This document shows, piece after piece, positions 8,696-15,464 of a DNA stretch of 20,560 nucleotides (positions within the stretch are counted from its first letter, which is position 1; every line of letters starts with the position of its first letter). Under the pieces are notes generated by a model. It searched no databases and was not told the origin of the DNA. It worked only from the letters and a program-made list of their open reading frames with translations. The stretch spans positions 1-20,560 of the forward strand of contig JAKAKR010000002.1 in assembly GCA_021813435.1 (NCBI GenBank), read 5' to 3'. This DNA is from Nanobdellota archaeon. Its GTDB lineage: Archaea > Nanobdellota > Nanobdellia > Woesearchaeales > UBA9642. The position numbers and the translations under genes were made by a program.

Positions 8696-8728
8696 ATGGA
8701 AGAAATCAATATCTGGGATTTAGGATAA
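8696..8728 (+). other. SD-preceded 10-codon ORF MEEINIWDLG*, in frame with the downstream endonuclease-like ORF
   Basis: GGAGGTAATCGTATG; after TAA the frame continues KINVRISGELYSTIKS into the ORF at 8777. Confidence 0.7.
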
Positions 8729-8776
8729 AAGATTAATGTACGGATATCTGGAGAATTATATTCTACTATTAAGTCT

Positions 8777-9859
8777 ATGATTAAATCACGTTATGTTTCT
8801 TTTAACGAGTTTTACAGCGAATTCATAACGTATCACTCGATTTCTTTCTCTGTTTTAAAAGATAAATTTAAACCCGGTTATCGCTATTTTATTGATTTGG
8901 AAATTTTACTTGTTACTTGTCTTATACTAAAAATTTCTTTTGTCGAATTTCAGAAACACGTTATTGCGTATAAAACTCGCCGAGGGAATAACAGTATTTC
9001 TATCCCAATTTTTCCTATTAAGATAACTCCTGTCTTTGATATGCTTCTCGCGCATCATTTTGCTGATGGATGCTTACTTAATGCGTACGGTAATCGAAAA
9101 GACTATTTTCTCTATCGACAATACGATGCGCATTATCGTAATTTGTATATTAAAAAAATTGAATCAATCTTTGGTAGAATCTTCTATAAAAGCGATTATA
9201 TCACTAATTTAAAAATGACCAAAATTTACGCACCGATTGTAATCTCAGAACTTTTATATTCGTATTATGGGTTAGATAAACGTAGTTTTATCTCGGAAAC
9301 TGCAAGGATTCCTAAGCAGATTTTTGAAAAAGATTGGAAAAATAAACTTGCGTTTTTGATTGCTTTTATTATTGATGAAGGACATGTTGATTCTAATTTG
9401 ATTGTGATACGTATAAAGAATATGGGATTAACTAATGATTTATCATATTTATGTAATGATTTAGGATATAGTCACTCTGTACGGATTGAAAATAATGGAT
9501 ACGCATGTCTATATATTTTATCGTCAAGTTTAAGTAAATTTTATAAAGACTATCTTGTTCTTAAAGAGGAGTATCCCGTGGTTGATTTGGGATGGAAAGG
9601 CTTAAAGATCAAAGAATTTATTGATAGACAATCTAAACCAAAAATTTATCGCCCGGGAAACAAAAGAGTGATACTGCAATTGCTTGTAAACGAGCAACTA
9701 ACAGTTAATGAACTCGCAAGTCGTCTTAACATGACAAGACAGGGCGCAAGATATTTCATCCATAAGTTAGAAAAAGAAAATAAAATTGAAGTAAAATCAA
9801 TAGTAAAATTCGCGAATTGGAAATACGGAGTAAAAAATGCAAGTGGGAGTGGTGGGTAA
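8777..9859 (+). CDS. Stand-alone LAGLIDADG-type homing-endonuclease-like protein with C-terminal HTH
   Basis: Two motif-like segments, FDMLLAHHFADG and AFLIAFIIDEGHVD, and terminal HTH LTVNELASRLNMTRQGARYFIHKLEKENKI. Confidence 0.75.
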   Translation: MIKSRYVSFNEFYSEFITYHSISFSVLKDKFKPGYRYFIDLEILLVTCLILKISFVEFQKHVIAYKTRRGNNSISIPIFPIKITPVFDMLLAHHFADGCLLNAYGNRKDYFLYRQYDAHYRNLYIKKIESIFGRIFYKSDYITNLKMTKIYAPIVISELLYSYYGLDKRSFISETARIPKQIFEKDWKNKLAFLIAFIIDEGHVDSNLIVIRIKNMGLTNDLSYLCNDLGYSHSVRIENNGYACLYILSSSLSKFYKDYLVLKEEYPVVDLGWKGLKIKEFIDRQSKPKIYRPGNKRVILQLLVNEQLTVNELASRLNMTRQGARYFIHKLEKENKIEVKSIVKFANWKYGVKNASGSGG

Positions 9860-11039
9860 ACCAAATACAGGCAAGAGCACATTCTTTAAGGCAGCAACAT
9901 TAATGGATGTTCTCATCGCGAATTACCCGTTTGCAACCATTAAACCAAATCATGGTGTTGGTTTTGTAAAGATCGATTGTGTGGACACATTCTTTAATAC
10001 ACAATGTAATCCTCGTGAGGGATTCTGTGTCAATCATAAGCGTTTTGTTCCTGTTGATGTCATTGATGTTGCTGGACTCGTTCCTGGAGCTCATGAAGGC
10101 AAAGGGTTAGGAAATCAATTACTTGATGATCTACGTCAAGCAGATGTATTAATCCATGTTGTCGATTTTGCAGGAACAACGAATGAACGGGGAGAACCTG
10201 TAAGCGCAGGATCACGCGACCCGTACGAAGACATCAAATTCTTAGAAGAAGAAATAGATTTCTGGTATCTTGGAATACTTAATAAGGGTTGGGAACGATT
10301 TGCTCGTCAAATCCAACAAGAACACAGCGATGTTACCAAAGCACTTGCAAAACAATTATCCGGACTCAAAGTCACTGAAGAGATCGTTGAAGACGCGATA
10401 CGCAAACTTAAACTCGATAAATCGCAACTCATGGGATGGACTGATGATAACTTATTCGACCTTGCACGTGAACTACGAAAAATCACAAAGCCGATGATTA
10501 TTGCAGCAAATAAAATGGATATCCCTGTTGCGCAGGAAAACTATACGCGGATACGCGCAGAGCACCCTGAACTCATCATTATCCCCTGCTCAGCTGAATC
10601 AGAGCTTGCATTAAAAGAGGCTGCAAAGCATCAATTGATCCAGTATACTCCCGGAACCACGGATTTCACCTTTGTTGATGAATCAAAACTTTCCGAGAAA
10701 CAGAAATTCGCGCTCAATTTCATCAAAGAGAATGTTTTGCAAAAGAGCGTTTCTGGAACAGGGATACAAGCTGCGTTAAACGCTGCAGTATTTGACCTGC
10801 TCAAGTATATCGTGATCTTTCCCGGAGGGGTCAATAAACTCACTGACCAGTACGGTCGGACGCTTCCTGATTGTTTTCTGATGCCGCCAAAAACAACCGC
10901 ACTCGATTTTGCCTATCGCCTGCATACAGATTTCGGAAAGAACTTCATCAAGGCAATCGATGTCAAGAAGAGATTGCCGGTCGGAAAAGACCATCCCCTC
11001 CAGAACGGCGATGTCGTCGAGATACACAGCGGAAAGTAA
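9837..11039 (+). CDS. Archaeal YchF/Obg-like GTPase (Ygr210-type) with C-terminal TGS domain
   Basis: MQVGVVGKPNTGKSTFF P-loop, DVAGLVPGAHEGKGLGNQLLDDLRQADVLIHVVD, AANKMD, C-terminal DFAYRLHTDFGKNFIKAI...LQNGDVVEIHSGK. Confidence 0.95.
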   Translation: MQVGVVGKPNTGKSTFFKAATLMDVLIANYPFATIKPNHGVGFVKIDCVDTFFNTQCNPREGFCVNHKRFVPVDVIDVAGLVPGAHEGKGLGNQLLDDLRQADVLIHVVDFAGTTNERGEPVSAGSRDPYEDIKFLEEEIDFWYLGILNKGWERFARQIQQEHSDVTKALAKQLSGLKVTEEIVEDAIRKLKLDKSQLMGWTDDNLFDLARELRKITKPMIIAANKMDIPVAQENYTRIRAEHPELIIIPCSAESELALKEAAKHQLIQYTPGTTDFTFVDESKLSEKQKFALNFIKENVLQKSVSGTGIQAALNAAVFDLLKYIVIFPGGVNKLTDQYGRTLPDCFLMPPKTTALDFAYRLHTDFGKNFIKAIDVKKRLPVGKDHPLQNGDVVEIHSGK

Positions 11040-11130
11040 TTTGTGAGATTTTTGCTTATCAAAAATTTCGGAAAACAATTCTTTAAATTATGCCTTTATG
11101 ATATTTGCAGTATCAAAAGAGAATCATTAT

Positions 11131-12159
11131 CTACTCCCCGTATGCTTCTTCGAGAATCTTTTTTGCGTGCGGGTGATCGAATTTCTTGCGGATGGGCTCA
11201 AGCAGGATATTTACCTCTTGCGCAACACCATTCTTCAAGTCCATAGGATGCAATTGTTTTGATGCATACGCGTTATACAGTTCCTCTTTGGTCCTGAATG
11301 TCAATGGACCGCCCCACTTCTCCGGCCTGCTAATCACAAATGCTTCACCCTTATCCATCTTTTGGGTCATGATGACTGTCAATGCAAAATCAAGTACACC
11401 ATTCTCCGGATTGCCTTCTTCGCAATAGGCATTCTTCAATTTGTCCCGGATGGTCTTTTCATCATCCAGAAGATCGATCTTTGAGACCTTATTCGAGCTT
11501 GACATCTTGCCGTCAGCAGTGAGTCCGCGGATAAAGGGGATCATGAGTTCTATGCGGCTCCGGTATCTGATCTGCGGCATATACTCGCGCGCAAATACCA
11601 GGATCTTGCGTTGATCTATTGCGCCCATCTGGATATCCACATCAAGATACTCCTCGTCGAGCGATTGCATGATAGGATAGATGAGTCCGGAAAGATGCGG
11701 GTTATCGCCCATCTTGACAACATCGGACGCTGCCTTGGTGCAATCACGCACTGAAGTAATCGTTGACATCTTGAGGACATCAAGAATATACTCTTTCTTG
11801 AGCTGAAAATCAGAACCCTTGATCATCTCAAACTGTGCAAGATCCCCACCCATTGCCTCAATCATTGCAGGGATTACAATCTCATAATACTTATAGCGTT
11901 TTTCGAGAAGGTCCCACGGGGTATTATCGAGCGCGCCATGGATGTCAGCAAGAAGGACTTTTACCTTGAACCCTGCCTTGAGGCAGTCTGCAAGCTTTTG
12001 CACCCAGGCAAAGTAGCCGATGTGCGGTCGTCCAGTAACTGATGTTCCTAAGTAGATTGCAGGATGCTTTTTTGATTCGAGCAATGCGCGCAATTCTTCC
12101 TCAGTAATTATTTCTTGAGTATTCCTTTTGATAAGTAAGAATTTTTCTTCAGTATCCAT
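11131..12159 (-). CDS. tyrS: Tyrosyl-tRNA synthetase, archaeal type
   Basis: IYLGTSVTGRPHIGYF, LLADIHGALDN, YPIMQSLDEEYLDVDIQMGAIDQRKI, KMSSS loop. Start chosen at 12159 (MDTEEKF). Confidence 0.92.
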   Translation of the reverse strand: MDTEEKFLLIKRNTQEIITEEELRALLESKKHPAIYLGTSVTGRPHIGYFAWVQKLADCLKAGFKVKVLLADIHGALDNTPWDLLEKRYKYYEIVIPAMIEAMGGDLAQFEMIKGSDFQLKKEYILDVLKMSTITSVRDCTKAASDVVKMGDNPHLSGLIYPIMQSLDEEYLDVDIQMGAIDQRKILVFAREYMPQIRYRSRIELMIPFIRGLTADGKMSSSNKVSKIDLLDDEKTIRDKLKNAYCEEGNPENGVLDFALTVIMTQKMDKGEAFVISRPEKWGGPLTFRTKEELYNAYASKQLHPMDLKNGVAQEVNILLEPIRKKFDHPHAKKILEEAYGE

Positions 12160-12173
12160 CACTATGACCCCGC

Positions 12174-12446
12174 TCAATCGTGTTTTTGAAAATAGAGATA
12201 TCCTGCAAATCCGCCGACAACAAGCACAAAGAGTACTTTACTGAATCCCGCAAATGAGATTGGCGCAATATTCTCGTTTCCCACAACATTTCCTGTGACG
12301 CCGCCTGCGCCTGATGCAGAAGCAGTTGCCGCAGTGCCTTGCGTAGTTGCATGTCCACTGCTGAGCATCACAATGATGCCGACAATAGCGACAATGCCGA
12401 CGATCAATAGGAGATATACTGGTGTGTTATCTTGCATGGATTTCAC
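12174..12446 (-). CDS. Small two-TM protein, hypothetical
   Basis: 90 aa, TM VYLLLIVGIVAIVGIIVML, Thr/Ala-rich linker, second TM VLFVLVVGGFAGYLYF. Confidence 0.6.
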   Translation of the reverse strand: MKSMQDNTPVYLLLIVGIVAIVGIIVMLSSGHATTQGTAATASASGAGGVTGNVVGNENIAPISFAGFSKVLFVLVVGGFAGYLYFQKHD

Positions 12447-13013
12447 CTACTTGATAAGTTTATAATGTTTCAATGCTTTGGTATATAATTCGAAATCCTC
12501 GCTCCGCTTGAATTCCTGGAGCTTCTCCGGGGGGAGTTCAAGGATCCAATCATGCATGTTCTTGAGCAGCGTCTTTATCTCTTCTTCGCTGATCTCGACT
12601 GCAGGGGTTTCTTCTGCGATGGACTCATCTTCCGCGTCGTTTGCGTCATCCTCCACAGCATCAGCGGTAGCGGAATCGTTCGGCTTTGCGTGATGGAGTT
12701 TTTTGAAGAATCGTTTCAACACCCCTTCATGCTCCTCTTCAATCTCTTCTTCGACACGCTCTTCAACTGTATTGACTTCCTCGATCTTTGCCTCCATCTC
12801 ATGGAGTTCTTTCTTGTCGTCTTCAGCAAGCGCATTCTCTTCAGCTGCGGCTTTCTCTTCAAGATCCTCTTTGATCTCTTCCTGAACCTCAGTTTTTGAC
12901 CGCGGAGAGTTGCGGAATACGCGCTGCCAGAATGGTTTACTCTTCTTGCGATCATTAATATACGATTTCAAGTCATTATTAATCTCTTGTTGATGCATAC
13001 TCATCGACCCCAT
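12447..13013 (-). CDS. Hypothetical acidic coiled-coil protein
   Basis: Glu/Lys-rich central region, conserved-looking C-terminus EEEIKTLLKNMHDWILELPPEKLQEFKRSEDFELYTKALKHYKLIK; adjoins 12174..12446. Confidence 0.6.
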   Translation of the reverse strand: MGSMSMHQQEINNDLKSYINDRKKSKPFWQRVFRNSPRSKTEVQEEIKEDLEEKAAAEENALAEDDKKELHEMEAKIEEVNTVEERVEEEIEEEHEGVLKRFFKKLHHAKPNDSATADAVEDDANDAEDESIAEETPAVEISEEEIKTLLKNMHDWILELPPEKLQEFKRSEDFELYTKALKHYKLIK

Positions 13014-13156
13014 TTACACTTATGATATATTCAATGGTTTGATGTTTTTAAAGTTATTGATTTTGACGCAGTATGCTGCAAGAGCACACTACAATCAGCA
13101 TTGCATGCAATCAGAACAGGCAGTGTTTCTGCTGGTGTACGAACCATCCAGAACTT

Positions 13157-13810
13157 CTAGATGAATATATTTTTGATGAAATGATAATAGTTGAATGTCA
13201 TCAGATGAATCCCGTATACGAGAAAATATTTGAGAAAAAACACGAGAAGCAGCAGTTCAAGCAGTTTTCCGCCAATGTTATAGCACTGGAATTTCCAGAA
13301 GTTGTATTTGATGCTGCCCATAAAGACTGTGAGCGGTTCAGTGGGAAAAAAAGGGATGAAATTTCCAGCAATCAGAAGTCCCCCGCCCCATTTAGAGAAT
13401 CGCTTATTGAACACTTTCAGATCCTCCTTGAGAAGTTTCTTCTTCACAAATCCTGAGAAGAGATGCCCTACAAGATAATTGACTGTTCGCCCCAGCGCAA
13501 CTGCAAGCACTGCAACAACTGTTGTTGCAAGTGGATCTGCGCCATCAATGATATAATAGATGTAAAAGAAATGAACCGGGAGCGCAAGAAAAATTGTCGA
13601 GCCGGCAAGCGAGATAACAAAGAGCCAGAACCATGATTTTTCCTGCAATTGGAGCAGTGCAAGATTATATAATTGGTGAATTCCCGTACCACTGCCGGTT
13701 GTCCGGAAAATAATGGTCTGGATCAAAGTCATGATGAGCATGAAGAGGATCAGTGCTCCTGCAAAGAAGATGATCTTACGATATGCCTTCCAGAACTTTT
13801 CAAAATCCAT
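13157..13810 (-). CDS. VTT/SNARE-associated (DedA-like) membrane protein
   Basis: Multiple TM segments; ALGRTVNYLVGHLF and GGGLLIAGNFIPFFPTEPLTVFMGSIKYNFWKF. Start placed at 13810 because the track extension (MYPSIPIV...) is encoded by a duplicated piece of the tRNA 3' end. Confidence 0.65.
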   Translation of the reverse strand: MDFEKFWKAYRKIIFFAGALILFMLIMTLIQTIIFRTTGSGTGIHQLYNLALLQLQEKSWFWLFVISLAGSTIFLALPVHFFYIYYIIDGADPLATTVVAVLAVALGRTVNYLVGHLFSGFVKKKLLKEDLKVFNKRFSKWGGGLLIAGNFIPFFPTEPLTVFMGSIKYNFWKFQCYNIGGKLLELLLLVFFLKYFLVYGIHLMTFNYYHFIKNIFI

Positions 13811-13837
13811 CGCTGCCCCCCACGACTGAAAAATAAC

Positions 13838-13854
13838 AATGGGAATGCTGGGAT
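13838..13854. repeat. 17-bp exact copy of the tRNA-Trp 3' end
   Basis: aatgggaatgctgggat, identical to 13937..13953. Confidence 0.85.
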
Positions 13855-13938
13855 ACACCCGCGCCTTTTATAAAAAGTCGCGTCAAAAATGAATGTAAAC
13901 GCTTGCGCGTTTAGCATTCCCCTGTTTTACTCTTTAAA

Positions 13939-14060
13939 TGGGAATGCTGGGATTCGAACCCAGATCAACCGGTATCTTCTGGCGTATAGTCATCGCCTTT
14001 TGGGCTCAGCGCTCCAGTCAGCTGGAGCCGGTTATTCTAGCCAGGTTATACTACATTCCC
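13939..14060 (-). tRNA. tRNA-Trp (anticodon CCA at 14023..14025) with a 48-nt intron (about 13974..14021) after position 37
   Basis: Acceptor GGGAATG/CATTCCC, discriminator A, T arm CTGGG-TTCGAAT-CCCAG, anticodon stem ACCGG/CCGGT, loop CTCCAG...A. Mature length 74 nt. No encoded CCA. Confidence 0.88.
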
Positions 14061-14083
14061 GTTCTCTTGCAGAATCGGCAAGT

Positions 14084-14092
14084 ATTTATAAA
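14084..14092 (-). promoter_or_regulatory. TATA box of the tRNA-Trp gene
   Basis: TTTATAAAT-type element centred about 28 nt upstream of the tRNA 5' end. Confidence 0.65.
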
Positions 14093-14166
14093 AGTATTGT
14101 TGCATGCGATTCACTGACACAAAAACTATATAAACCGGTATGCATCTCTTTTTATCGTCGTAAAAC

Positions 14167-15366
14167 ATGAAATCATCTTCCCCGGCATTTCTGCGCGCAA
14201 TCGTTCTTGCGTCAGCAATAGGTGGATATGCCTTATTCAGTTCACCTGCTGCTCCTGCGCCTGTTCTGCCCAAGGCCATTGTTGCGCAGGACACAATCCT
14301 TCTTATTGTAAGCACCCCTCCGACAGGCAAAAAGAAATATCCGACGGGAAATCTTGAGGGAAAAGTCATCGACGGGTTCTATAAGAATTATTTTGGCGTT
14401 TCAGGACGGATTGGCGACTCGCTCTATGTTGATTTTGATGCGCGGATGGACCAACTCTGGCTTGCAAAATCACGCCGGTCCCATAGAAATCCTATTGTTA
14501 AGCGATTCTGGAATACGATAGGGCGAAAGGCGTATCTGGATGATACTGCACAGATGTCTATTGATGAATACCTTGCAGTCATTGATACTGTGCGCTCTCA
14601 TGTCATTTCCAGTATTGATTGGTCACAAGTCGGACAATTGCTGGAGCTTGATTCGACGAGGGTTCACGCCCTGCAGGGCTATGCCTCGCGGATAACCGCA
14701 GCGCATCTCTTGTCCTATCAAATGACTGAATTATTCCCCTCGAACGATAAAAAGGATCCTGCAATGCCGAATAATAGGGATGTCCTTGATTTTATACTCC
14801 GCGCGCGTGGGCGCTCATTCATTGAATTCATCCCTGCATTAGGGGACACCTGTCTCTCATTCGGTGCTGGGCAGATGACTTCATATGCGCTCTCTGCTGA
14901 CTCTTCTACTGCGGTAAAGGCATCACTCATCAATCTTGCACTTCCCCGATCATACCAACTGCCTTCGCATGTGTATCAGCTTCGTGGAGATGATCATACC
15001 AAAGCAATGCTCCTCTTGTCAATATATAATATTGGACTGCTGCTCAAAGAATCGACTGCTGCAGAACTAACTACTCTTGAGGGTGTGTGGAAAGATGAGA
15101 AGAACATCGCAAAATACATCTCCACAGCGCACCATCATGAATTGCGCGCGATTGCAGGGATGAAAAACTGGCTAAAAAGGCGTGGAAAAAACCAGTACGA
15201 GCGTTATTGCTCTAAATCGCTTGCAGCATACGCGAGAAGTACACTCAAAAACCTCGAATCATTGCAGCCTGTAACGCAGGTGCTTCTTGCAAGAGAATCA
15301 TCATACCACCATAATACCCGCGGGTATCAGAATCATAACGATAGGAATATCGGCGTAACAAACTGA
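14167..15366 (+). CDS. Secreted protein of unknown function, possibly lysozyme/transglycosylase-like
   Basis: 399 aa with N-terminal signal-like segment FLRAIVLASAIGGYALFSSPAAPAP; LSFGAGQMTSYAL and AMLLLSIYNIGLLLKE loosely resemble lytic transglycosylase motifs. Confidence 0.6.
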   Translation: MKSSSPAFLRAIVLASAIGGYALFSSPAAPAPVLPKAIVAQDTILLIVSTPPTGKKKYPTGNLEGKVIDGFYKNYFGVSGRIGDSLYVDFDARMDQLWLAKSRRSHRNPIVKRFWNTIGRKAYLDDTAQMSIDEYLAVIDTVRSHVISSIDWSQVGQLLELDSTRVHALQGYASRITAAHLLSYQMTELFPSNDKKDPAMPNNRDVLDFILRARGRSFIEFIPALGDTCLSFGAGQMTSYALSADSSTAVKASLINLALPRSYQLPSHVYQLRGDDHTKAMLLLSIYNIGLLLKESTAAELTTLEGVWKDEKNIAKYISTAHHHELRAIAGMKNWLKRRGKNQYERYCSKSLAAYARSTLKNLESLQPVTQVLLARESSYHHNTRGYQNHNDRNIGVTN

Positions 15367-15464
15367 GTTCTCATTGAATATTCAAGCTCTCGAAGAATAT
15401 CGAGATCTCAAGAATATTTCTTTATCTGCATGTTCTTCTTTTATCCTCGCTGCGTTGTCTCTAT

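Noticed and set aside
8726-8728. Programmed stop-codon recoding
   Set aside because: The codon is TAA, with no recognisable readthrough or SECIS/PYLIS-like context; nonsense mutation, upstream ORF or sequencing error is simpler.
8777-11039. Endonuclease ORF as an intein in the GTPase
   Set aside because: The GTPase is intact from its N-terminal P-loop through TGS, the ORFs are in different frames, and no splicing motifs at the junction are visible.
12447-13013. Acidic coiled-coil protein as part of a novel membrane complex with its neighbour
   Set aside because: Adjacency and overlap alone are insufficient; low-complexity Glu/Lys regions are common.
13073-13456. 127-aa plus-strand ORF
   Set aside because: Largely antisense to the VTT/DedA-like membrane protein and lacks domain motifs; likely spurious.
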